NCBI GenBank assembly: GCA_963666205.1
Contig: OY762654.1
Location: 256,001-320,000 of the forward strand
DNA: 64,000 bases
Direction of reading: 5' to 3'
Source: Synergistales bacterium
GTDB lineage: Bacteria; Synergistota; Synergistia; Synergistales; JAFGMB01
Both the position numbers and the translations under genes were made by a program. The notes under the pieces were generated by a model. The model did not search any database and was not told the DNA's origin. It saw nothing but the letters and a program-made list of their open reading frames with translations. Shown one piece after another: positions 1-9,906 of this stretch; position 1 is the first letter of the stretch; each line of letters begins with the position of its first letter.

Positions 1-1078
1 CATTGCCTGCAGAAAATCCGGCAACAATAAAAGCTCCCAAAAGGCTGCCTCCAAGAACAACCTGAAATGCAAGTTCGATGGGAAGTGTGAGATAGGCCCA
101 TCCGGCAAGGATTAGCAGACCAGTGCTCTCTCCCCCCAGAAATTGGGATATATACAGAAAGACCCATCCTACTCCGACCAGACTTGTAATATAGAGCCAA
201 CCCTGTCTGGCATTTCTGTCATAATCGATCTCATACATTCTTTTATTTAGCCATAATACCCATAGGATAACTCCCATAAAGACAAGCAATATCTGCTTAA
301 AGGGGAATCGGCTTTCGGGATAACCCTGGGCTCTGAGAATAACTGCCAATCCAGGAGTGATAACATCTCCCTTCTGGATTATTACATCACCTGGCATTAG
401 GACTCGTTCCAGAGGAGAGATCCTGGATCTCAATGTATTCCTGACTTCTTCAGTGATAACTGGATCTATTGAAACTACGGGTTTTATGACCTGTTCCAGG
501 ATCTGGTAAAGTATGTTCCTGTCGCTCCTCGGTAACTCTGTCTTCTCAACCATATCCCACATAATAGAAGTAAGGGCCTCCTGATCGGCAAGAGCAAACT
601 GCCCAGACTGTAGAATCTCCTGTCCTACTGAAAAGGCATAATTGCCAAGGATGGACCTTTTTTCTTCAGACAGAGTGGCTATCAGATTCTTCAGGGTAGA
701 AGAGAGTGTCATCTCTGCAAGACCTGTATCTCGCAACTCTTCCAGTGCCATTCGTGCCTTGTTAAGAACATCTGTTTTTTCTACGACAACACCTTTAACT
801 ACATCGCCTGCAATCTTTCGAAGATCCTCAGTGGAATCATGATCGGTGTAACGTATCTGGTACAGGGCATAGTAAGTAATGGGTGAAGGCTGATTCACCA
901 TGTATCCACTTTTACTCTCCCCTATCATCCAGCGTGTAAAAAGCAGGGATATGGAAAAGAGGAGAAGTACAAATAACGGGAAACATGGCAGTTGGGTTCT
1001 GAGCCATAATCCTGTCCTTGAAAAAAATAAGGTTTCTCCACGTTTATTTCGATTACTACGATTTTCTGCGTTCTTCAT
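1..1078 (-). CDS. 7TM-HD (HDIG) membrane phosphohydrolase, PgpH-like; only the N-terminal part is in the window
   Basis: Not in the ORF track because it runs off the edge. Manual translation from ATG at 1078 gives MKNAENRSNRNKRGETLFF...LFVLLLFSISLLFTRW (TM helix), then an extracellular domain with IMPGDVIIQKGDVIT, then further hydrophobic helices. It overlaps the phoH stop, the usual position of 7TM-HD genes. The HD domain itself is not visible. Confidence 0.7.
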   Translation of the reverse strand, partial: MKNAENRSNRNKRGETLFFSRTGLWLRTQLPCFPLFVLLLFSISLLFTRWMIGESKSGYMVNQPSPITYYALYQIRYTDHDSTEDLRKIAGDVVKGVVVEKTDVLNKARMALEELRDTGLAEMTLSSTLKNLIATLSEEKRSILGNYAFSVGQEILQSGQFALADQEALTSIMWDMVEKTELPRSDRNILYQILEQVIKPVVSIDPVITEEVRNTLRSRISPLERVLMPGDVIIQKGDVITPGLAVILRAQGYPESRFPFKQILLVFMGVILWVLWLNKRMYEIDYDRNARQGWLYITSLVGVGWVFLYISQFLGGESTGLLILAGWAYLTLPIELAFQVVLGGSLLGAFIVAGFSAGN

Positions 1079-2033
1079 AGATCTCATAAGCCTTTACTAC
1101 TTTTTGTACAATATGGTGCCGAACAACGTCCCTGTTTGTAAGAGAAATAAAATGTATTCCCTCTATACCATCCAGAATATGCCGGACCTCCTTAAGACCT
1201 GACTGTTTACCCGAAGGCAGATCGATCTGCGTAATATCTCCTGTGATTACAGCTTTGGAACCAAAACCCAACCGGGTAAGGAACATCTTCATCTGCTCCG
1301 GAGTTGTATTCTGGGCTTCATCCAGGATGATAAAACTGTCGTTCAGAGTTCTTCCCCTCATATAAGCCAGAGGTGCGATCTCGATGATATTCTTGTCAAC
1401 GTAACGAATGAATCTCTCTGGTGAAAAAAGATCGTAGAAAGCATCATAGAGAGGCCTTACATAGGGTTCAACCTTTTCCCGAAGGTCTCCAGGAAGAAAC
1501 CCCAGACTTTCTCCAGCCTCGACTGCAGGCCTGACCAGAATAATCCTGGTTATTTTGGAAGCCTTTAAAAGGGCTACTGCATGACACACAGCCAGATAGG
1601 TTTTCCCAGTACCGGCGGGACCTATAGAAAAGACTATGTCATTGTTTCTCATGGACTCAATATAATCTTTCTGCCCGGAAGTTCTGGGACGAACAGGTTT
1701 ACCCCTTGACGTGGTAACAATAACATCATTGTAAAGGGGAGAAAGATCCACCTTCCCATCTTCTGCTATAACATCAAGGGCATACCGAACATCCGCAGGA
1801 GTGATCCTGTGGCCTTTTAAAGCTACCTGATGTATCTGGGAAATAAAAGCAGAAACCATCAGCAGAACATTCTCATCAGGACCCTGAAGGATAAGCTGGG
1901 TACCCCTGACACCAAGACGAATGGGGAATCTTTGTTCCAGGATCCCGATATTCTCATCCTTATTTCCAAGAAGTCTTGAAAGCACTTCACTATCGCCTAT
2001 CTCAATAATTTTTTTCTGATCTTCAAAAGACAT
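1056..2033 (-). CDS. phoH: PhoH-family ATPase
   Basis: Motifs GPAGTGKTYLA, RPAVEAGESLGFLPG, LAYMRGRTL, DEAQN, GDITQIDLP. Confidence 0.95.
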   Translation of the reverse strand: MSFEDQKKIIEIGDSEVLSRLLGNKDENIGILEQRFPIRLGVRGTQLILQGPDENVLLMVSAFISQIHQVALKGHRITPADVRYALDVIAEDGKVDLSPLYNDVIVTTSRGKPVRPRTSGQKDYIESMRNNDIVFSIGPAGTGKTYLAVCHAVALLKASKITRIILVRPAVEAGESLGFLPGDLREKVEPYVRPLYDAFYDLFSPERFIRYVDKNIIEIAPLAYMRGRTLNDSFIILDEAQNTTPEQMKMFLTRLGFGSKAVITGDITQIDLPSGKQSGLKEVRHILDGIEGIHFISLTNRDVVRHHIVQKVVKAYEIYEERRKS

Positions 2034-2176
2034 TATCTCTTCAGAAATTATCCTTCACTTCCTTCTTCACAATCAACAGGAGAGCGGTTAAAGTTTAAAC
2101 TGTATGGATGTCTTGTCTGGATGCTGCCGGCAAGTGACAGCATGAAACCTGGTTCAACAGCTTGTCAGGATCAATA

Positions 2177-3610
2177 TCATACAGGATAGGCCGAATCGTC
2201 TATCAGGGTATTCAAACCAACGTCCCTTTTCATGGTACGGGCAAACTTTCGAACAAGGAAATCTTTTGCAACAGATGGAAACAGGATATAGCTCAGAACA
2301 TCTTCCGGCTGGGTACACCATCCTTTTACCGCCTGCTTTGCCTTTTCGATTTCAGGTTCAAGTATTTCGCCTGGACGACAGGTTATAGGGATATTATCAC
2401 CAATTGCTTTCTGTCTTGCAACCGGGTCGAGTTTCCCGGGAGGGGTTCCATAATACCCCAGGAAATAGTTTCGGACTTCTGTGGGAACTATTTTCCATCT
2501 TTCACCAGTAAGGATATTGAGGGTCGCCTGGGTACCCACAAGCTGGCTTGTGGGGGTTACAAGTGGGGGATAGCCCATTTCTTCCCTGACCCTTGGGACC
2601 TCGTTAAGAACATCCTCAAGTTTATCGAGAGCATTCTGTTCATTAAGCTGATTGGTCAGGTTCGAATACATTCCGCCAGGTATCTGATACATAAGGACAT
2701 TGATGTCGACCCCTGCAAGTTTGACAAGAAGTTCACTATATTTACCACGGGCTTCCTTGAAATGTTTGGCAATGGGGACCAGATCTTTCAACGCTATACC
2801 AGTGTCATGATCTCCCCCCTGGAGGGCTGCTACAACTGCTTCAGTAGCGGGCTGGCTTGTACCCATTGAAAGAGGGGAAATCGCACAATCAACCACATCA
2901 GCTCCAGATTGAATCCCGGCAAGGTAGGCCATAGAAGCCATACCGCTTGTATAATGACAGTGAATCTGAACAGGCAGTCCGGTTGTATCCTTGATGGTCT
3001 TTACAAGCTTTTGTGAGGCAACTGGAGATAGAAGTCCAGCCATATCCTTGATACATATGGAATCAGCTCCCATTCCCTTCATATGCAAGGCCATGTCTCC
3101 AAAGGTTTCCAGCGTGTGAACGGGAGAAAGGGTATAAGAAATGGAAAGTTGAAGATGGGCCCCTTCCTTTTTAACCTGGTCAGCTGCTATTTCCATATTC
3201 TTAAGATCATTCAGGGCATCAAATATCCTTATGATATCGAGCCCATTACCAACTGCTCTTTTCACAAATTCTCTTACTGTATCATCAGCATAATGACGGT
3301 ATCCAACTATGTTCTGTCCCCTTAAAAGCATTTGCAATTTGGTCTTTTTGAATCGTTTTCTGAGAGTGCGAAGTCTTTCCCATGGATCCTCATCAAGAAA
3401 TCTCATACAAGTATCAAAGGTAGCCCCTCCCCATACTTCGAGGGAGTGATAACCGACCTCATCCATAAGATCAACAACAGGAAGCATATCCTCTATTCTC
3501 AAGCGTGTGGCAATTAGAGACTGGTGGGCATCCCTTAAAGCTGTTTCAGTTATTCCAACTTTAGACAGACAGCTCGTTTCAGAACCTTTGACTCGTTCAA
3601 CCATGGTCAA
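2177..3610 (-). CDS. Carboxyltransferase subunit (oxaloacetate decarboxylase alpha / pyruvate carboxylase B / transcarboxylase 5S family), no biotinyl domain
   Basis: LRDAHQSLIATR, WGGATFD, LQMLLRGQN, IKDMAG, HCH, PGGMYSN, PPLVTPTSQ; no C-terminal AMKM biotin motif. Confidence 0.9.
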   Translation of the reverse strand: MTMVERVKGSETSCLSKVGITETALRDAHQSLIATRLRIEDMLPVVDLMDEVGYHSLEVWGGATFDTCMRFLDEDPWERLRTLRKRFKKTKLQMLLRGQNIVGYRHYADDTVREFVKRAVGNGLDIIRIFDALNDLKNMEIAADQVKKEGAHLQLSISYTLSPVHTLETFGDMALHMKGMGADSICIKDMAGLLSPVASQKLVKTIKDTTGLPVQIHCHYTSGMASMAYLAGIQSGADVVDCAISPLSMGTSQPATEAVVAALQGGDHDTGIALKDLVPIAKHFKEARGKYSELLVKLAGVDINVLMYQIPGGMYSNLTNQLNEQNALDKLEDVLNEVPRVREEMGYPPLVTPTSQLVGTQATLNILTGERWKIVPTEVRNYFLGYYGTPPGKLDPVARQKAIGDNIPITCRPGEILEPEIEKAKQAVKGWCTQPEDVLSYILFPSVAKDFLVRKFARTMKRDVGLNTLIDDSAYPV

Positions 3611-4458
3611 TCCATTCCTCCCTTACAATCCGAAGATCTCTGTTCCCTGATCTCCTTCTTTGAACATTCCCATAATTCTTCAAGTTCCTCAAGGGTATGA
3701 CCATCCCAGGCCTTACCTGAAGAATGGACCTTCTCCTCCACCGCCCTGAATCTCGTGTTAAATTTCATGCATGCCTTCTGAAGGGCGACTTCCGGTTCTA
3801 TATCTAAATGGCGAGCCAGGTTTACCAGGGCGAAGAAGAGGTCGCCCATTTCATCTTCGACTGCTGAGGGAGTTTCATTATACAGAGCTTCTTTCAATTC
3901 TCCAATTTCCTCTTCTATCTTGTCAAACAAAGGTCGTCTATCACCCTTAGGCCAATCAAATCCTACATTAGCCGCTTTTTCCTGGGTACGATATGCCTTG
4001 ACGAGCGCCGGCAGGTTGATTGGTACACCGGAAAGGACAGAATGATCTTTGCCCCTGGAGTTATTCTTTTTTTCGACGGTTTTGATTCTTTCCCAGTTTT
4101 TCAGAACATCCTGACTGTTTTGGACATTGATATCGGCAAAGACGTGAGGATGTCTGCGTATTAGCTTATCCCTAAGTACCTCAAGTATATCAGAGAGATG
4201 AAACAGGCCTTTTTCCTCTGCTATTGTAGCAATGAAAACAGGCTGTAGAAGCAAGTCTCCACTTTCCTCAATTATTTCTCCTATATCCTTACTGGTAATT
4301 GCATCCACAAGTTCATAGGATTCTTCAATTATGTAAGTCCGAAGAGAATCAAAGGTCTGTTCCCTGTCCCAGGGACATCCCCCAGGGGCCCGAAGTCTGT
4401 GCATTATATCCACAAGTTCCTGGAAAGTGCTCCCCGCATCATTCATTTTCTTATTCAA
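3607..4458 (-). CDS. mazG: Nucleoside triphosphate pyrophosphohydrolase MazG
   Basis: LRAPGGCPWDREQT, EESYEL, KLIRRHPHVF, GFDW, EMGDLFF. Start moved to TTG at 4458, behind GGAGGTG. Confidence 0.93.
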   Translation of the reverse strand: MNKKMNDAGSTFQELVDIMHRLRAPGGCPWDREQTFDSLRTYIIEESYELVDAITSKDIGEIIEESGDLLLQPVFIATIAEEKGLFHLSDILEVLRDKLIRRHPHVFADINVQNSQDVLKNWERIKTVEKKNNSRGKDHSVLSGVPINLPALVKAYRTQEKAANVGFDWPKGDRRPLFDKIEEEIGELKEALYNETPSAVEDEMGDLFFALVNLARHLDIEPEVALQKACMKFNTRFRAVEEKVHSSGKAWDGHTLEELEELWECSKKEIREQRSSDCKGGMD

Positions 4459-7400
4459 TCCCTGGTTCACCTCCTGTTTTAGCATCCTTCTCAGCTATAG
4501 CCTTCAACCTGATTACAAGTTCCGCGAGTCTTCTCATTCCCCTGTACCCTCCTGGGCCGTAACCTGTGGATTCATTGAATATCCAACCACTGCAGGAGTT
4601 CCTGAACAGGTGTGTTTTATCTCCTGAATAATGCACAACAGTCTCTTTATGTTTACTGAAAACCATACTTATTCCTAACTCAGGTCCAGTCTTTCTTAAT
4701 AAACATACGTCCAGAAGATATTGGACAACCTGGGGCAAAGGACCAAAACGGTCGATCATTTCAGATCTGAGATCAGTAAGTTCCCTGAGATCAGAAACCT
4801 GTAGAAGTCTTCGATAAAGGCTTATACGTACCCCTTCCTGTGGTATGTACGAAACGGGGATGGTAATTGCCACTTCAACGGACACCTCTGTTTCTATAAA
4901 ATGAACACCCCTAAGTCTGTTGATCTCATCTTCAAGGAGATCATAATAGTAGTCAAGGCCCATCCTGGCCGAACTTCCATGCTGCCTTGTTCCAACAAGC
5001 TCGCCTGCTCCCCTTATGTTCAGATCCTGCATAGAAAGGTTATAGCCGGTACCGGAAATCCCCAGATTTGCAATAGCTTCCAGTCTTTCAGTTGCTTCTT
5101 TTGAAAGCACCTTATTTTCGGGATAATGGAAAAAGGCATAACCGGTTTCTCCCCGTCTACCTATTCTGCCTCTCAACTGGTAAAGCTGTGCAAGGCCCAG
5201 CTCATGGGCTTCATCTATAATCATTGTATTAGCCCTTCCAACGTCAAGTCCACTTTCAACGATGGTAGTACACACCAGCAGATCTGTTTCACCACTGTAA
5301 AAGGAAAGCATGTTCTTTTCAAGTTCACGCTCTTTCATCTGTCCATGGGCAACTGTAACAGAAGCATCTGGGAAAAATGACCTCAGAATCGCAGCTCTTT
5401 TCTCAATGGTTTCCACCCTGTTGTGTACAAAAAAGATCTGCCCCCCTCTGGATAACTCGCGGGAAATGGCTTTTCTAACAATGTCATCACGCCATGGACC
5501 GACAAAAGTCACAACTGGCATCCTGTTTTCTGGAGGAGTTGCCATCACAGATATTCCCTTAAGTCCCCTGAGAGACATGGAAAGGGTACGTGGAATGGGT
5601 GTCGCAGTAAGGGTCAGGACATCAACCTGCCTGTAGGAATCCTTTATCTTTTCCTTATGCATAACTCCAAACCGATGTTCTTCATCCACAATCAGGAGTC
5701 CCAGATCCCTGAAAACCATGTCTTTCTGCAGGAGTCTCTGGGTACCGATAATGATATCTACTTTTCCCTTGCCTATGTCGTCCAGTATTTCTTTCTGTCT
5801 GGAAGATTTAACAAAGCGGGAAAGAACTTCTATCCTGACAGGAAAACCTGACATCCGTGTAATAAAAGTGTTATAGTGCTGCTGAGCAAGTATGGTCGTC
5901 GGCACCAGCACCGCGACCTGTTTCCCAGCCTCAACGGATTTCATGGCAGCTCTTATGGCTATCTCGGTCTTTCCATATCCCACATCCCCCACAATAAGTC
6001 TGTCCATAGGGGTGGTTCGCTCCATGTCAGCTTTTACTGATTCTATTGCTATCAACTGATCTGCAGTTTCATCAAAGGGAAAAGATTTTTCGAGTTGAAA
6101 CATATATTCGCCATCTTCAGGGAAGGCAGTACCTTTCAGGACTTCACGTGCAGCATAGATTTTCAGCAACTCCTTCGCTTCCTGTCTGGCTTTTTCCCTA
6201 TCTTTAGTAATCTGTTTCTTCCATTTCTTTCCACCAAGAGAATCAGGAACCACATCTGATCCAGGAAATACAGATAACCTTGAGAGTTTTGAAAATTGCG
6301 TGATCGGCATAAGGAGCCTTTTTTCATCAGCAAATTCCAGAACAAACATATCTATATCGACATCATCCATATTTACAGTTTCAAGTCCTGAAAATAGTGC
6401 AACACCGTATTCTGCATGGATAACCCAGTCTCCGGCAGAAAGTTTTCTGTTCCATTCAAAAGGAAAGGGTATTTCGGAGTCCCTGGTTGGGGAAGCAGTA
6501 AGTCCGGCTAATTCAAGATCAGACAGGATTACCGATCCGGTGTGTCGATCGAGAAATCCCCTTGACAGGAATTTCCTGTTGCAGGAAATTCCCATATCCT
6601 TCGCCAGTTCCAGATATCTTTCGTTCGTAGAATAAAGGATCACATTCTGTAGACTTCCTAACCAGGTTCGACACTGGGCCTGAAATTCTTCAACGCGGCC
6701 CTTGAAATGTGGACAGGAATAAATCTTCATTTCCTTTCCCGGGACTTCGTATGTAATTTCAGCCTGGGAAACCCTTATAAGAGGGTTTTTTTTCAACTTG
6801 TTATAAACATCATTCCAGCTCTGGTCTGAAATCCCTTGACTCTTCTCTCCAAGGCTTTGCCATAGCCACAAATAGGTTTCTGCCTGATTTTCGATCTTTG
6901 CAGGATCATAGAGCAGTACATGACAATTCTGGGGAAACAACTGGAAAGGGTAAAATGAACTATGAGATGTTATGCCATGTAATTCCACTTCATCGGCGAA
7001 GCCAATGCTTTGCTGTGTTCTGGGTTTAAAAAAACGGATCTCCTCCAGGGTCTCATCGAAGAACTCAAGTCGGATGGGATAGTGAAAGGCAGGATCATAA
7101 ACATCAATGATACTTCCACGAAGTACATATTGACCTGGTGACCAGACATTCTCACACTGATGGTAACCCTTCTCGTTGATCCAGGAAACAAATATCTTCC
7201 TTGAAATATCCTTCCCTTTTCTTATCTTAAAAACTGAAGAAGATTCTCTTACAGGAGTTATGAGGGCACCAGGGGTAGCGAGCAGAAGTCCACCGAGTGA
7301 CCCCCATTCCTTAAGGGACTCGCCCCTCTGTACATAGAGTGCCGAGTCCTGGAATGAATCCACATCGAGGGGTATCTCCTTGAGTTCATATATGGTATCT

Positions 7401-7606
7401 GCGAAAAGGCTTCTCCAGTCATTCAGAAACTCGGAAAGAACACGTTGATTAGGGAGTACTACCAGAAGAGGGGCTGAAGGGTTTCTGCAGATCCAGGGCA
7501 GGGAAGCCCCCCCGACCGGGAGTCTAAGGGTTGCTCCTTTATTCCACAGTTGGGGTTCAATTTCCCATATGGAAGAAGTGTCAGAATACACAGGTTCCTT
7601 TAACAA
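4451..7606 (-). CDS. mfd: Transcription-repair coupling factor
   Basis: GDVGYGKTE, VLVPTTILAQQH, DEEHRFG, TATPIPRT, QLRGRIGR, C-terminal TRCF domain (DRFGPLP). Confidence 0.95.
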   Translation of the reverse strand: MLKEPVYSDTSSIWEIEPQLWNKGATLRLPVGGASLPWICRNPSAPLLVVLPNQRVLSEFLNDWRSLFADTIYELKEIPLDVDSFQDSALYVQRGESLKEWGSLGGLLLATPGALITPVRESSSVFKIRKGKDISRKIFVSWINEKGYHQCENVWSPGQYVLRGSIIDVYDPAFHYPIRLEFFDETLEEIRFFKPRTQQSIGFADEVELHGITSHSSFYPFQLFPQNCHVLLYDPAKIENQAETYLWLWQSLGEKSQGISDQSWNDVYNKLKKNPLIRVSQAEITYEVPGKEMKIYSCPHFKGRVEEFQAQCRTWLGSLQNVILYSTNERYLELAKDMGISCNRKFLSRGFLDRHTGSVILSDLELAGLTASPTRDSEIPFPFEWNRKLSAGDWVIHAEYGVALFSGLETVNMDDVDIDMFVLEFADEKRLLMPITQFSKLSRLSVFPGSDVVPDSLGGKKWKKQITKDREKARQEAKELLKIYAAREVLKGTAFPEDGEYMFQLEKSFPFDETADQLIAIESVKADMERTTPMDRLIVGDVGYGKTEIAIRAAMKSVEAGKQVAVLVPTTILAQQHYNTFITRMSGFPVRIEVLSRFVKSSRQKEILDDIGKGKVDIIIGTQRLLQKDMVFRDLGLLIVDEEHRFGVMHKEKIKDSYRQVDVLTLTATPIPRTLSMSLRGLKGISVMATPPENRMPVVTFVGPWRDDIVRKAISRELSRGGQIFFVHNRVETIEKRAAILRSFFPDASVTVAHGQMKERELEKNMLSFYSGETDLLVCTTIVESGLDVGRANTMIIDEAHELGLAQLYQLRGRIGRRGETGYAFFHYPENKVLSKEATERLEAIANLGISGTGYNLSMQDLNIRGAGELVGTRQHGSSARMGLDYYYDLLEDEINRLRGVHFIETEVSVEVAITIPVSYIPQEGVRISLYRRLLQVSDLRELTDLRSEMIDRFGPLPQVVQYLLDVCLLRKTGPELGISMVFSKHKETVVHYSGDKTHLFRNSCSGWIFNESTGYGPGGYRGMRRLAELVIRLKAIAEKDAKTGGEPGIE

Positions 7607-7648
7607 TAGGATATCACTCCGTACTGATCAATCAGATCAAAAACATTT

Positions 7649-8233
7649 CTATGGCGCCTCCTGGGGGGCACTCTGGGAATTTACTGTATTCATTGCGTTT
7701 TGTATATCGTGCTGAAGCCATATTCTTATGCCGGAACAGGCTTTTTCGAGAACATCAGGTAAAAATAACTGTTCTTCTTTGTTAAAACTTGAAAGAACAT
7801 GATCAACATTGTCTTCCTTGTCAGGAGGCCCTATGCCGATTCTCAGTCTGGGAATATTCTGTGAGCCCAGACTGGAGATGACAGACTGGATACCCTTATG
7901 ACCTGCAGAAGAACCTTTTGCCCTTAGGCGGATCACTCCGAACGGGAGAGCCATATCATCATACACCACAAGAATGTCTTCCAGTGAGATTGTAAACCGG
8001 GACACAGCACTCAGCACAGCAAGCCCACTCAGGTTCATATATGTAAGGGGTTTGAGTATCACAGCCATCTGGCCATGAAGAACAATGGGACCCCAGAACA
8101 TGGCTTTATGCCTCATTTCGGGGGTCCCGCAGTTTTCCAGAGAAATCATATGGTCAACTACAAGCCAACCAGCGTTATGTCTTGTAAATGTATATTTCGG
8201 ACCAGGATTACCAAGACCTACAATGAGACGCAA
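7649..8233 (-). CDS. pth: Peptidyl-tRNA hydrolase
   Basis: LIVGLGNPG, TRHNAG, KPLTYMNLSG, GHKG, RLRIGIG. Confidence 0.96.
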   Translation of the reverse strand: MRLIVGLGNPGPKYTFTRHNAGWLVVDHMISLENCGTPEMRHKAMFWGPIVLHGQMAVILKPLTYMNLSGLAVLSAVSRFTISLEDILVVYDDMALPFGVIRLRAKGSSAGHKGIQSVISSLGSQNIPRLRIGIGPPDKEDNVDHVLSSFNKEEQLFLPDVLEKACSGIRIWLQHDIQNAMNTVNSQSAPQEAP

Positions 8234-8237
8234 GAGA

Positions 8238-8888
8238 CTACTCCGTCTCCTCCTTTGATTTACCCTTCCCTACAACCTCTACCTCGGTTGGTTCTTCTTC
8301 TACTGTCTCTTCTGCTGCTGCTCTTGCATGGGCAACTGTAAAGACGACTTCTTCTCCATCCACAGCTATTTCTGCACTTTGAGGAAGTTCAAGGTCAGAT
8401 AGGTGAATAAAACTTCCCAGTTCAAGACCTGAAACATCAACTTTTATTGACTCAGGGATCTCACTGGGCAGAACATCAAGTTCGATCTCATGAATGACCT
8501 GCTCGAAAACACCTCCGAGCTTAATACCTTTACAAATGTCCTTATTGAAAGCTTCAATAGGTACATTGACCTTGATCTTGTGACCCTTTACAAGTTGAAG
8601 AAGGTCAATATGGAGTATTTCATCGTTAACAGGATTTCTCTGAATCTCCCTCATAAGGCATAATTCCTTTTGTCCAGAGGGAAGACTGGCTTCAAGTCTT
8701 ACAGTTTCCCTATGGGCTGAGTTCACGCTGGAGTAGATTTCCGATTTGAGTACCTTTACTGTAAGGGAATCCCTGTAATCTGTTCCATAAAAAGTAGCTG
8801 GAATAAATCCCTGTGATCTGAGTCTTCGAACCTCTTGTTTTCCCTTTTCCATTCTTTCCTCTAGTTTGATAGAAACAACTTCAGTCAT
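8238..8888 (-). CDS. rplY: 50S ribosomal protein L25/Ctc (long form)
   Basis: RRLRSQGFIPATFYG, ILHIDL, C-terminal TL5 domain with acidic tail; prs-rplY-pth synteny. Confidence 0.93.
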   Translation of the reverse strand: MTEVVSIKLEERMEKGKQEVRRLRSQGFIPATFYGTDYRDSLTVKVLKSEIYSSVNSAHRETVRLEASLPSGQKELCLMREIQRNPVNDEILHIDLLQLVKGHKIKVNVPIEAFNKDICKGIKLGGVFEQVIHEIELDVLPSEIPESIKVDVSGLELGSFIHLSDLELPQSAEIAVDGEEVVFTVAHARAAAEETVEEEPTEVEVVGKGKSKEETE

Positions 8889-8928
8889 TTTATGACATCC
8901 TCCCTCTTATTCAGCCAGTGACAGATTC

Positions 8929-9903
8929 TTACCTGTTCGAAAAAAGGCTACTAACTGACTGGTCTGTATGAACACGTCTTATGGACTCTGCGAATAACGG
9001 TGCTATGGACAATTGGACTATTTTATCTAATTTTTTGGATTCAGGCAATGGAATAGTATCTGAGAGAACCACTTTGTCAATATCTGCAGCGGCAAGGCGG
9101 TCTAAAGCAGGGCCGGAGAGAACTGCATGGGTAGCACAGGCACAGACACTTAATGCTCCACGTTCCTTAAGAGCATGGGCTGCATTGACTATCGTCCCGG
9201 CCGTATCGATTATATCATCGACAAGAATGGCAGTTTTACCTTCCACCTCACCAATTATCTCCATCACCTCACAGAAATTGGCTACTTCGTGGGAACGTCT
9301 TTTGTCCACAATAGCAAGATCGGAGTTGAGCCTGACCGCAAAACGTCTTGCTCTTACGACACCGCCAACATCAGGGGCAACTACAACCAGACGATCTTCA
9401 GCAATTTCTCTTGCAAACTCGGTCCTGAAGTATGTGGAAAGCAAGGGTATTCCGGTAAGATGATCAACTGGAATATCAAAAAAACCCTGTATCTGGCCTG
9501 CATGAAGATCCGCTGATATAACTCTCTGGGCCCCTGTGGTTTCTATAAGATTTGCAACCAGCTTGGCAGATATGGGGTCCCTGGCCTTGGTTTTCCTATC
9601 CTGACGGGCATAACCGAAATAGGGTGTAACAACATTGATCCTGTAAGCAGATGCCCTCTTCAGCGCATCTATCATGATAAGTAACTGCATGATATTGTGG
9701 TTTACCGGATCACACGTTGGCTGCACTATAAAAACGTCGGCACCCCTCACACTTTCTTCAATTGACAGTCCCAATTCCCCATCGGAAAATTTAAAATGTT
9801 TTGCCACTGAAAGGGGCACTTTTAATTCCTGGCAGATTCGCTTTGCAAACTCTGGATGGGATGTACCAGAAAAGATTTTTAAAGCCCTGGACCCGGATCC
9901 CAT
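8929..9903 (-). CDS. prs: Ribose-phosphate pyrophosphokinase
   Basis: FSDGE, PYFGYARQDRK, DLHAGQIQGFF, VDDIIDTAGT. Confidence 0.97.
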   Translation of the reverse strand: MGSGSRALKIFSGTSHPEFAKRICQELKVPLSVAKHFKFSDGELGLSIEESVRGADVFIVQPTCDPVNHNIMQLLIMIDALKRASAYRINVVTPYFGYARQDRKTKARDPISAKLVANLIETTGAQRVISADLHAGQIQGFFDIPVDHLTGIPLLSTYFRTEFAREIAEDRLVVVAPDVGGVVRARRFAVRLNSDLAIVDKRRSHEVANFCEVMEIIGEVEGKTAILVDDIIDTAGTIVNAAHALKERGALSVCACATHAVLSGPALDRLAAADIDKVVLSDTIPLPESKKLDKIVQLSIAPLFAESIRRVHTDQSVSSLFSNR

Positions 9904-9906
9904 ACT

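Noticed and set aside
2034..2176. Possible small RNA or leader before phoH (8-bp hairpin AUGCUGUC/GGCAGCAU)
   Set aside because: A single modest hairpin with no U-tract and no match to a family I recognise.
2162..2869. 235-aa plus-strand ORF, and similar shadow ORFs at 8981, 9674, 45827, 52316 and 54971
   Set aside because: They lie antisense to well-conserved genes, have no recognisable motifs, and are explained by codon-structure shadowing.
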